Below, in pieces: positions 11,492 to 23,314 of a stretch of DNA of 64,000 bases. Numbering within the stretch: position 1 is the first letter of the stretch; each line of letters opens with the position of its first letter. Where the stretch lies: the NCBI RefSeq assembly GCF_006345805.1, contig NC_042999.1, forward strand, positions 162,502,001 to 162,566,000, in the 5' to 3' direction. The notes beneath the pieces are model-generated. The model worked only from the letters and a program-made list of their open reading frames with translations, was not told the DNA's origin and searched no databases. Position numbers and translations under genes: made by a program. This DNA comes from Octopus sinensis. Taxonomy: Eukaryota.

Positions 11492-12160
11492 GCATATATA
11501 ATTTTTATATTATCATCTGATTGAATGCCACGCATCCATTTCCAAGTAAGTTTATCTTCATCTTTTTTATGCGACTCTACTCTATACTGTTTTCCTCCCC
11601 CATCTTTTTCTCTCTCATCCTTTCTCTAATTCCTTTTTCTCCCGTCACTGTTTTCTATCTGTCTCTCTCTCCCTCTCTTTCTCCTGTTCTCTCTCTCTCT
11701 CATTGCTCACATGTGACCATTCTCCATCTTTCTTTTCCTCATATGATCATCTTTCTTTTCTTTCAGGACTGTCCTAAAGACTGGACATATCCTATCTCTC
11801 TCTTCTTCTATCTTTTTCTTGTCAAAGAAAATATTTCTCCAGTGTTCGCTATTTTACAACCCTCCATGTTTGTTTCCATTCGGTTTCCTTGTATGTCTAC
11901 ACTGTCCTGTTTTTGTTCCCAACTTTGATCCTCCCTAAATCCCAAATTACTTATGGGAGCAACTGTCTTCGAAGACTCATATTGTCCTTCAATGCTCGAG
12001 ATGAGGAGTAGATAGGCCACTGACAACTGATGAAGGGTTGTTCTTTATGTTACTTGTCCTATTTTCCATTTGTTTCTCTTGTCGTTTGCGTATTGAACTC
12101 GTTTGTTCTCGTATTTCATGCTGCTGACTGTTGGTTACATCCTGTACCCATATATGCATA
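11376..12160 (+). repeat. Dispersed PLE-associated repeat, with an inverted relative at ~19200-19660
   Basis: Shares ttgaatgccacgcatcc, gggagcaactgt, caactgaygaagggttgttctttatg and cctgtacccata with the reverse complement of 19200-19660. Confidence 0.5.
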
Positions 12161-12174
12161 TATATATATATATA

Positions 12175-15020
12175 TACAACCTGTCATTCATATTCATTTT
12201 TTTAAGCGTTGATTCGTAACCCTAAATCCCGTTTCTCTATTATTTGTTTCGCCATCTTGTATGCATGGCTTCCTGTCTGTCATGCATTTTAAATTCCTCC
12301 TTTAATTTCAGTGTCATCCCGTTGTTATTCCAACCCCAGAATTCACTACAATATTCTCTCTCTCCTATTTATATTATGTTTTAATCGAACCCCGAAGTTT
12401 CTAGATGTTCAGTAATTTCTGTCACAGAAATTCCCTACGTATTAACTTAAAACCTGTTGTTCCTTCGTCGTTATTCCTTTCCCCAAAGATACCCTAATTC
12501 CCTACGAAATATTTTCTCTCTCTCTTATTTATATTACATTCTTCTCGAACCCCGAAGTTCCTAGATGTTCAGTAATTTCTGTCGCAGAAAATTCCCTACG
12601 TATTAACTTAAAACCTGTTGTTCCTTCGTCGTTATTCCTTTCCCCAAAGATACCCTAAATTCCTACGAAATATTTTCTCTCTCTCTCTATTTATATTACA
12701 TTCTTCTCGAACCCCGAAGTTCTAGATGTTCAGTAATTTCTGTCGCAGAAAATTCCCTACGTATTAACTTAAAACCTGTTGTTCCTTCGTCGTTATTCCT
12801 TTCCCCAAAGATACCCTAAATTCCCTACGAAATATTTTCTCTCTCTCTTATTATATTACATTCTTCTCGAACACCCGAAGTTTCTAGATGTTCAGTAATT
12901 TCTGTTGCAGAAAATTCCTTACGAATTAAACCTGTTGTCCCTTAGCTCTCTCTCTCTCTTCCTTCCCCCCTCTCTCTTTCCTCATGCTTCCACCTGATAA
13001 TCCCCCCCACCCAATCCCTAACTCTTTATAAAGCAGTGTTCGATTTATCTCGTCCCTCTTCTCGATACTACATCTTGCTGACAAAACACTGACTCGAAAA
13101 ATGACCAGCTAAGCGAATTTAACTTACAACTGTCATTCATATTCATTTTTTTTTAAGCGTTGATTCGTAACCCTAAATCCCGTTTCTCTATTATTTGTTT
13201 CGCCATCTTGTATGCATGGCTTCCTGTCTGTCATGCATTTTAAATTCCTCCTTTAATTTCAGTGTCATCCCGTTGTTATTCCATCCCCAGAACAGAATTC
13301 ACTACAATATTCTCTCTCTCTCCTATTTATATTATGTTTTAATCGAACCCCAAGTTTCCGAGAGTTTCTAGATGTTCAGTAATTTCTGTCACAGAAATTC
13401 CCTACGTATTAACTAAAACCTGTTGTTCCTTCGTCGTTATTCCTTTCCCCAAAGATACCCTAAATTCCCTACGAAATATTTTCTCTCTCTCTTATTTATA
13501 TTGCATTCTTCTCGAACCCGAAGTTCCTAGATGTTCAGTAATTTCTGTCGCAGAAAATTCCCTACGTATTAACTTAAAACCGTTTTCCTTCGTCGTTATT
13601 CTTTCCCCAAAGATACCATAAATTCCCTACGAAATATTTTCTCTCTCTCTTATTTATATTACATTCTCCTCGAACCCCGAAGTTCCTAGATGTTCAGTAA
13701 TTCTGTCAGAAAATTCCCTACGTATTAACTTAAAACCTGTTGTCCTTCGTCGTTATTCCTTTCCCCAAAGATACCTAAATTCCCTACGAAATATTTTCTC
13801 TCTCTTATATTATATTACATTCTTCTCGAACCCCGAAGTTCCTAGATGTTCAGTAATTTCTGTCGCAGAAAATTCCCTACGTATTAACTTAAAACCTGTT
13901 GTTCCTTCGTCGTTATTCCTTTCCCCAAGATACCCTAAATTCCCTACGAAATATTTTCTCTCTCTCTTATTTATATTACGTTCTTCTCGAACCCCGAAGT
14001 TCCTAGATGTTCAGTAATTTCTGTCGCAGAAAATTCCCTACGTATTAACTTAAAACCTGTTGTTCCTTCGTCGTTATTCCTTTCCCCAAAGATACCCTAA
14101 ATTCCCTACGAAATATTTTCTCTCTCTCTTATTTATATTACATTCTTCTCGAACCCCGAAGTTCCTAGATGTTCAGTAATTTCTGTCGCAGAAAATTCCC
14201 TACGTATTAACTTAAAACCTGTTGTTCCTTCGTCGTTATTCCTTTCCCCAAAGATACCCTAAATTCCCTACGAAATATTTTCTCTCTCTCTTATTTATAT
14301 TACATTCTTCTCGAACCCCGAAGTTCCTAGATGTTCAGTAATTTCTGTCGCAGAAAATTCCCTACGTATTAACTTAAAACCTGTTGTTCCTTCGTCGTTA
14401 TTCCTTTCCCCAAAGATACCCTAAATTCCCTACGAAATATTTTCTCTCTCTCTTATTTATATTACATTCTTCTCGAACACCCGAAGTTTCTAGATGTTCA
14501 GTAATTTCTGTTGCAGAAAATTCCTTACGAATTAAACCTGTTGTCCCTTAGCTCTCTCTCTCTCTTCCTTCCCCCCTCTCTCTTTCCTCATGCTTCCACC
14601 TGATAATCCCCCCCCAATCCCTAACTCTTTATAAAGCAGTGTTCGATTTATCTCGTCCCTCTTCTCGATACTACATCTTGCTGACAAAACACTGACTCGA
14701 AAAATGACCAGCTAAGCGAATTTAACTTACAACCTGTCATTCATATTCATTTTTTTAAGCGTTGATTCGTACCCTAAATCCGTTTCTCTATTATTTGTTT
14801 CGCCATCTGTATGCATGGCTTCCTGTCTGTCATGCATTTTAAATTCCTCCTTTAATTTCAGTGTCATCCCGTTGTTATTCCATCCCCAGAATTCACTACA
14901 ATATTCTCTCTCTCTCCTATTATATTATGTTTTAATCGAACCCCGAAGTTTCTAGATGTTCAGTAATTTCTGTCACAGAAAATCCCTACGTATTAACTTA
15001 ATTAAAACCTGTTGTTCCTT
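12175..15020 (+). repeat. Higher-order tandem array of ~162-bp monomers in three blocks (4, 8 and 1 partial monomer)
   Basis: tgtcgcagaa recurs at 14022, 14184 and 14346 (period 162). Each block opens with the same ~175-bp header (ctgtcattcatattc..., at ~12181, 13131, 14734); blocks 1 and 2 close with the same ~200-bp tail (...gctaagcgaatttaacttacaac). Confidence 0.95.
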
Positions 15021-15030
15021 GGAGGTGACC

Positions 15031-15107
15031 CCGCCCTCCCACCCCTCCACCCTCCCACCCCTCCACCCTCCCACCCCTCCACCTTCCCACCCCTCCACCC
15101 TCCCACC
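15031..15107 (+). repeat. C-rich 16-bp tandem repeat (ccacccctccaccctc) x ~4
   Basis: Directly visible; the minus strand is a regular series of G3/G4 runs. Confidence 0.9.
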
Positions 15108-15229
15108 AGAACCGGAAGTTTCTGTTTTCTATCTTTCTTGACCCCCCCCGCACCCCTATGTAGGGTTTATTGTGATCATATAGCGCAAAAACTTTGAAAT
15201 TTATGCAGGTTGTAGTCTAGAGTCTCAGT

Positions 15230-18200
15230 ATGATATCTGGCAAATGCAAGCTTTCTTTTCAGGTACAGAACACTGCGGCCCCTCATCCCAGGGTCTCAGA
15301 GGCCCACACCTCCCACACCCTCAGGGTAGGCACCCTCAACGTTGGCACATTGAAAGGTAGGTCTGGCGAGATAGTCGAGAGAGCTTGAACGGAGACGTGT
15401 TGATGTATGTTGTATGCAAGAAATAAGGTGGAGAGGAGGATCTGCTAGGGTCCTCACAGGCAAGGAACACAGGTACAGATTTTCTGGGCAGGGAACACTG
15501 GGGGTTGGTGGCGTGGGTATACTTATCGCTGAGAAATGGATAGATAGAGTAATTGAGGTAATCAGAGTAAGTGACAGAATACTTAAGATTAGAATAGTGC
15601 TTCATAATAGATTAGCAACCATTATATCGGCCTATGCCCCTCAGCCAGGGCTACCCGATGGACAGAAAGACAGTTTCTATGACACCCTACTGCAGACCAC
15701 CTCATCGACGAACGACAGGGACCTTCTCTTTGTGGCTGGTGATTTCAATGGGCATGTTGGACGACATGCTGGGGGCTTCCATGGCGTACATGGAGGCTAC
15801 GGTTATGGTTCCCGCAACGAGGAGGGAACCAGGCTGCTGGAGTTCTGCGATGCGAATAGTCTTATGGTCTGCAACACTAACTTCAGGAAACCAACAAGCC
15901 ACCTGGTCACCTACCGATCGGGCCGGCATACTAGCCAAATCGACTACATCCTTGCCAGAAAAAGGGAAAGATGGCTGCTTAAAAATGCCAAAACCTTCCC
16001 AGGCGAAGAATGCACCCCACAACATAGACTGGTAGTTAGTGACTTTAGGATCAGGACTAAGAGGGCGACTAGAAGACGACCAACATGGAGAAGAAGGGTC
16101 TGGAAGCTTAAAGACCCTGCGAATGGACAGAGATTTAGAGACATGTTACTTGAAGCCTTTGACGAAATAGAGGGGGGTATAGCTACACATGGGGTAGAAG
16201 ACAACTGGACGTTTCTGAGGGACAACCTGCTGAAAGCCGCTGACCAGATCTGTGGCTGGTGCAAAGTCCCCTTAAGACCCAAAATAACGTGGTGGTGGAA
16301 CAATATTGTTGACAGGGCTATTAGACAAAAGAAACAGGCTTGGAAGGCCTGGAAGAACGGTGGTAGCAGGGAAGGGTATCAGACTGCCAGAAGGGAAGCT
16401 AGGAGACAGGTCTATCTAGCCAGAGGGGAAGCAGATAAGAGAAAATTTGCCAATGTCCTGCGCCGTGAGGATGAAAGACTTGAGGTATTTCGTGTTGCAA
16501 GACAGTGTGTGAGAGAGAATCGTGATGTGGTAGGAGAGAAATGTGTTCGCATGGAGGATGGTTCACTTGCGCTAAATGAGGATGCAAAGAGAGAAGCTTG
16601 GAGACGCCACTATGAAAGGTTACTGAATGAGGAAAATGAATGGGATAAAGAGAGTCTGCCGAATGTTGACCCTACAGAGGGACCAGCTATCCGAGTTGAT
16701 AGTTCCGTGGTAGCTAAGGCAATTAGAAGCATGAAGACAGGGAAAGCCCCAGGCCCATCAGGAATTACTGCAGAGATGCTCAAAATATCTGGCAGTGTCG
16801 GCTATAACCTAGTCACCCGTATAGTCAACCAGGTGATACACGAAGGAGTCATACCCAATGACTGGTGCAGCAGCATACTAGTCAACTGCTACAAGGTAAA
16901 GGTGATGCCCTAGATACAAATAATTACAGAGGTATCAAGCTGTTGGATCAAGTAATGAAGGTTACGGAGAGGGTCATAGCCCAACTAATTAGAGAGAGAG
17001 TTAGTTTAGATGAGATGCAGTTTGGGTTCGTGCCAGGGAAAAGTACCACTGATGCTATATTCCTGGTAAGGCAGCTGCAGGAGAAATACCTAGCCAAAGA
17101 TAAGCCCCTGTACCTGGCTTTCGTTGACATGGAGAAAGCTTTTGATAGGGTCCCCCGATCCCTTATCTGGTGGTCAATGAGGAAACTAGGGATAGATGAA
17201 TGGCTGGTGAGGACTGTGCAAGCCATGTACAGAGATGCCGTAAGTAAGGTTAGGGTTGGCAACATGTACACAGAAGAATTCAAAGTAGAGGTTGGGGTCC
17301 ACCAGGGTTCAGTACTCAGCCCCCTCCTATTTATCATAGTACTCCAGGCAATTACGGAGGAATTCAAGACAGGCTGTCCCTGGGAGCTCCTCTACGCTGA
17401 CGACCTTGCTCTTATTGCTGAGTCACTATCAGAACTGGAGGAGAAGTTCCAGGTGTGGAAGGGGGTTTAGAATCAAGGGGCCTTAGAGTCAACCTAGCTA
17501 AAACCAAAGTACTAATAAGTAGAAAGGTAGACAATCCACAAATATCTTCAGGAAGATGGCCCTGCTCGATCTGTAGAAAAGGTGTAGGTAGAAACTCTAT
17601 AAGATGTACCCAGTGTAAGCTATGGACACATAAGAGGTGCAGCAATGTCAAAGGTAGGCTAACTGGGAAGATAGTTTTTGTATGTGGCAGATGCTCGGGA
17701 GCATTAACCTCCGAAAATCTGCAGAAAACAACTTCCGTCACTTTCCAGGGGGAAAAACTAGAAGTAGTTGATAGCTTCCGTTATCTAGGTGACCAAGTCA
17801 GTAGTGGGGGTGGGTGCGCTGAAAGTGTAACTGCTAGAATAAGAATAGCCTGGGCAAAGTTTAGGGAGCTCTTACCTCTGCTGGTGACTAAAGGCCTCTC
17901 GCTCAGAGTAAAAGGCAGACTGTATGATGCGTGTGTACGAACAGCCATGCTACATGGCAGCGAAACATGGGCCGTGACTGCTGAGGACATGCGTAAGCTC
18001 GTGAGGAATGAAGCCAGTATGCTCCGATGGATGTGTAATGTCAGTGTACATACTCGACAGAGCGTTAGCACCTTGAGAGAAATGTTGTACCTAAGAAGCA
18101 TCAGTTGTGGTGTGCAAGAGAGACGATTGCGCTGGTATGGTCATGTGCGAGAATGGATGAAGATAGGTGTGTGGAGAAAGTGCCAATCCCTAGCAGTTGA

Positions 18201-18249
18201 GGGAACCGTGGGAGAGGTAGACCCAGGAAAACCTGGGACGAGGTGGTGA
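15230..18249 (+). pseudogene. RTE single ORF (APE endonuclease - RT - PHD-like finger), broken by about 4-5 small frameshifts
   Basis: Consecutive ORFs 15414-16913, 16865-17470 and 17455-18249 join by single-base frame shifts (near 15380, 16890, 17460, 18150-18210); I saw no in-frame nonsense codons within these segments. Confidence 0.88.
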
Positions 18250-18463
18250 AGCACGACCTTCGAACTTTAGGCCTCACTGAGGAAATGACCAGAGACCGAG
18301 ACCTTGGAAATATTCTGTACGTGAGAAGACCAGGCAGGACAAGTGAGCCCAGCCCACTTATGAATGCCTTTCCTCCCTTGGACACAAAGACCTGTTGAGG
18401 CAAGCGAAGTCGATATAGAACCTCATCCGACGACAGACACCCATGCCAACCCCCCATGCTTGC

Positions 18464-18860
18464 GAAGACATGTTGGGGCAAGCGAAATCGAAATCGAAAC
18501 CGAATTGAACCAGCCAGGATCCCTGGCCTGGTGGTACGTAAAAAGCACTATCCGACTCATGGCCGTGGCACGTAAAATACTCCAATGCGACCGTACGACA
18601 GGCACCCATGCCAACCCCCTTTGCTTGTGAAGACATGTTGGGGCAAGCGAAATCGAAATCGAATTGAACCAGCCAGGATCCCTGGTCTGGTGGTATGTAA
18701 AAAGCACTATCCGACTCGTGGCCGTGGCACGTAAAATACTCCAATGCGACCGTACGACAGGCACCCTTGCCAACCCCCTTTGCTTGTGAAGACATGTTGG
18801 GGCAAGCGAAATCGAAATCGAATTGAACCAGCCAGGATCCCTGGTCTGGTGGTACGTAAA
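18464..18860 (+). repeat. Tandem ~160-bp repeats in the RTE 3' UTR
   Basis: gaagacatgttggggcaagcgaaatcgaaatc recurs at ~18464, 18630 and 18789. Confidence 0.9.
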
Positions 18861-20068
18861 AAGCACTATCCAACTCGTGGCCGATGCCAGCACCGCCCGT
18901 CTGGCTTCCGTGCCGGTGGCACATAAAATACACCAATCTGACCGTGGCCGTTGCCAGCCCCGCCTGGCACCTGTGCAGGTGGCACGTAAAAAGCACCCAC
19001 TACACTCACGGAGTGGTTGGCGTTAGGAAGGGCATCCAGCTGTAGAAACATTGCCAAATTTAGACTGGAGCCTGGTGCAGCCTTCTGGCTTCCCAGAACC
19101 CCGGTCGAACCGTCCAACCCATGCTAGCATGGAGAACGGACGTTAAACGACGATGATATATATATATATATATATAATATATTATATATATATACATGTA
19201 TGTATGTATATATAGATACAACTTAGTTGGAAGAGGATGCGTGGCATTCAATCATATAATAATATAAATAATATATATATATATATGCATGTATACATAC
19301 GTATATGTACATACTTACATCTATAGATATTATATATATATATATATCTATGGGTACAGGTCATCCTGAAATGTATACAACAAAAATTACAAAGCATGAA
19401 TACATGGAACATGAACTATTTTTTCAAACAACGAAAGACACAAATGGAAAAAAAAAAAAAACATAAAGAACGACCCTTCGTCAGTTGTTGGCTGCTTTTC
19501 TAGTCTCATATTTGAGCATTTAACAATATATGCTTTCGATAAAACAGTTGCTCCCACGAAGTAAATTGAATAAAATTTGGGATTTTGCAGAGGGTCAAAA
19601 TAGGTAACACAAACAGGAACGATTGCTAAACCTAAATGAGGTTGTGGCGGCAAACACATAAATCAAGTCAGGACAGGAGACAAACAAGAACAAATCTTCC
19701 TTGTTCCATCTACGGAGAGAAAGAAAGATGGCCAACGGTTACGTGGGAGCCATGTGGGCAAGGTAGGAGTGAGGGAGAGAGAGTGACACTCTCTCTTGGA
19801 CGGTGTTAAGTTGTGGAGATGTTTGATGATTGTATGTGGTGGTTACTTTTGACTGTTTCTTCTCAATAAGGATAACTGATTGATAATGAATCTGACTTCA
19901 AGTGGAATCAGATATCATACTTAACCTTAAACTTTCTGCACTCAAGCATACCTCACGTTGACACCTATACACCTGACTGAACAGTTTTAACTCCAGAGTG
20001 AATATTGCAAGTGATATTTAAACAATTAACAGTTCTTTGGCCTTTGTATTTGACGACTGTTGCTTTAA

Positions 20069-20290
20069 CCCTTTCGTTACTAACCCGGCTGAAACCGGCT
20101 GTGGCTCTGCAGTACAAATGTCTTGTTTTCATAAGTTTTGAATTAAAATCTTCCACCAAACCTTAGTCCCAATTTATGTTCCCAACACTAGCTTAATGGT
20201 AACTAAGTTATTTTACTAAATTCTTTGTTATATTTAAAAATAATTGAAAGAAACACAGAACATCTCAAAATAAATGCAGTAACAAAAGGG
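20069..20290. mobile_element. piggyBac-like MITE, second family
   Basis: TTAA|ccctttcgttact ... agtaacaaaaggg|TTAA: TIRs plus TTAA duplication at 20065-20068 and 20291-20294. Confidence 0.85.
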
Positions 20291-20564
20291 TTAAGTATTT
20301 TATTTCAATTTTCACTGATGTAATGTTAAGAACAACAGGATACGCAACAGTAGTTTCAAATATAGATAAAAATGGAAGTTTTAATCATCCAATGGACATT
20401 ACAAAAATAGCAATTCCCACTTTGAAACTGAAAATCTTTTTAGATTATGGAACACCCCACTCTCATGTATCCAAGTTCAAAATTTCAGTGCGATTGGATG
20501 AACAATACGAGTTATAAGCGCACACACAGGCAGACAGAATGGGATTTATATATTAGATATACAT

Positions 20565-20960
20565 AGGCATAGGAGTGGCTGTGTGGTAAGTAGCTTGCTT
20601 ATGAACCACATGGTTCCAGGTTGAGTCCCACTGTGTGGTACCTTGAGCAAGTGTCTATAGCCTCGGGTCAACCAAAGCCTTGTGAGTGGATTTGGTAGAT
20701 GGAAACTGAAAGAAACCCATCGTATATATGTATATATATGTATATGTATGTGTATATGCGTGTATGTTTGTCCCCCTAAAATCGCTTGACAACTGATGCT
20801 GGTGTGTTTATGTCCCCGTATCTTAGCAGTTTGGCAAAAGAGAACGATAGAATAAGTACTAGGCTTACAAAGAATAAGTCTTGGGGTCGATTTCCTCGAC
20901 TAAAGGCGGTGCTCCAGCATGGCCACAGTCAAATGAAAAACAAGTAAAAGAGAGTAAAGA
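20565..20960 (+). mobile_element. Full tRNA-derived SINE
   Basis: Same head, body and tail as the 6920 family. Confidence 0.85.
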
Positions 20961-21606
20961 GTATATATATATATATATAAATTTTTTCTTTCCCTTTTCT
21001 TCCTTTCATTCTTTTTCTTTAACACTTCCTTCAGATACAAACACACACATATGCTCTCTCTCTCTCACTTTCTCCACTTTCATCACCCTCTTGTACTATC
21101 TTATTTCTCTCCCCACCACTACACACTCAATAACACTATAAAAACAGTCAAATTATCCACAAGAACTCAGTTCAATTTGAAAACTCCACTAGAATGGACG
21201 AAACCGCTAATATATGATATATGATATAAGTTATATGATGTATAAAAACATGTAATATACAAAAAATATCTATAAATATAAAACCATCCGAATTTCTGGG
21301 TACCTCATTTCTTCTAATATAAAATACCTGTACATCATCTCCAAACCATCTAATATATATATAGATGCATGCATGCATACATACATACAGACAGACATAC
21401 ATACATACATATTGTGCATAAACTCCATACTTGGAATGACCAATTTTAAATACTGTTAGAATTTTTCATTTATACCATTCTGCCTAAAAAATGGATCTAG
21501 AAATTCAATATCCCTACATATCTCACATATATTTTCTTTCCTCCACCTTACTCTCTATTTTGTATCCTATCTAAACTAACTATTACTTAACCATCTTCTC
21601 ACACTA

Positions 21607-21656
21607 TCTCCGATGAAGGAATATAATTAACAAATATCCTGGAAACAGCTGTAAGA
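21607..21656 (+). ncRNA. Minimal type I hammerhead-like motif in a PLE terminal-repeat fragment
   Basis: tct-CCGATGA-agga...tcct-g-GAAA-cagctg-TA^aga: palindromic stem III, GUA triplet, 3-bp stem I. The core is CCGAUGA rather than CUGAUGA. Confidence 0.55.
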
Positions 21657-21775
21657 CCTTCTATCTATAAATGTAGATATTAAAATATCTACACAGCCTT
21701 GGTTTTTTTATTTCATTACTCAAAAATTCTTATATATGTAGACACACACACACACACATATACATCCATATATAT

Positions 21776-21818
<43 letters not shown>

Positions 21819-22235
21819 TAATATATATATATGTATATACATATATATATACACATATATATATGTATATACATATATATAGATCGCCATGTTGATTCGC
21901 TAGCTTCTGCACGCATATTATTTTCTCTCCTTCTTTCTGTGTTTTTTCTCTGTGTATCTTTCTGTTGAAGAGCATAGGCTCAAAACGTTAAAGACTTGTT
22001 TTATTTATATTTCCTGAGCACCATACTAATACAATTGTTTGTTTGTATTCCACCTGCCTTCGTCTTTTGTTTATTTCCGTAAACCTGCCTTCGTCTTTTG
22101 TCTATTTTCATAAAGCTTCCCGTTATATATGTATATACATATATATATGTGTATGTATATACATATATATATGTGTATATATATATGTATATACATATAT
22201 ATATATATATATATGTGTATATATATATATATACA

Positions 22236-22712
22236 AGAAGCAAAAATGACCAGCATCGAAGCCTATGTCATCAAAGGCCAACTAAGATGGAGCAGCCACG
22301 TGGTTAGAATGACTGACGAATAACTTCCCAAACAGATCTTCTACTCCCAACTCAAAGACGGCAAGCATACAAAAGGAGGCCAGAAGAAACGCTACAAGGA
22401 CTCCCTGAAAATGAACCTCAAAAAGTGTGACATCGACTTCACTAACTGGGAGGAAACGGCAAAAAACAGACCACTCTGGAAAACCACCATCCATGAGGAA
22501 ACGGCGACTTTCGAGTCGAAAAGGTTGACAGAGCTGGAGGAGAAATAACGACAACGGAAGGAGCACCAACAACAACCACGTGTGACTCTCCCTTCCAGCA
22601 CTAGATGTCCGCACTGCGACCGATCTTTTCAAGCAAGAATTGGTCTTATTGGTCACCTACGGAACACAGTAAATTTGCGCGAAGACCATCATCCTCGACC
22701 TTGAGGGATTGC
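22236..22712 (+). mobile_element. 3' fragment of a second (BovB-like) RTE family
   Basis: Reads [40 protein letters not shown]...[19 protein letters not shown] (C-terminal zinc finger); ends gagggattgccatcatca. Confidence 0.85.
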
Positions 22713-22820
22713 CATCATCATATACATATATATATATATGTTATACATATATATATATACATATATATATATGTATATACATTATATATATATATGTGTA
22801 TATATATATATATATATATG

Positions 22821-22916
<96 letters not shown>

Positions 22917-23314
22917 TATATACACATATATACACATATATTATATGTATATACATATATATATATTATATATTACTTCTTACATATATATATTATATAT
23001 ATATATATATCATACATATATCTTATATAAATGTATATATTATATATATACAATTATATATATATATATAAATATATATAAAAAATTAGAAAAAACCACC
23101 TTTTATCAATTCAAAATGAATAATTAAATTACACCATCTAGAAAATTACATATACTAGAAAAGTTAAAATTAAAATAACAATGCAAATATTAAGTAAATT
23201 GCAAAAATAATAAAACCGTATATAATATGTAGAAAAACGACACGTGTTTCGCAACTATATTTAAGAAATGATTATAGTAGTAGAGAAATGACTTCAATAT
23301 AAATATAGTCCTCA

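Larger units (their letters stand above)
15021..19157 (+). mobile_element. Near-intact full-length RTE-clade LINE
   Basis: ATG at 15230 (MISGKCK...TLNVGTLKG), APE endonuclease (QEIRW, YAPQ, GDFNGHVG, SQIDY, QHRLVV), RT (GKAPGPSG, QFGFVPGKST, GVHQGSVLSPLLF, YADD), C-terminal LHGSETW and RRLRWYGHV, modular 3' UTR and (gat)n tail. Confidence 0.95.

Noticed and set aside
12175-15020. CRISPR array or tandem coding repeat (162 bp = 54 codons)
   Set aside because: Monomers are contiguous near-identical units with no unique spacers and no cas genes; the frames I checked hit stops within each monomer and the ORF track lists no long ORF across the array.
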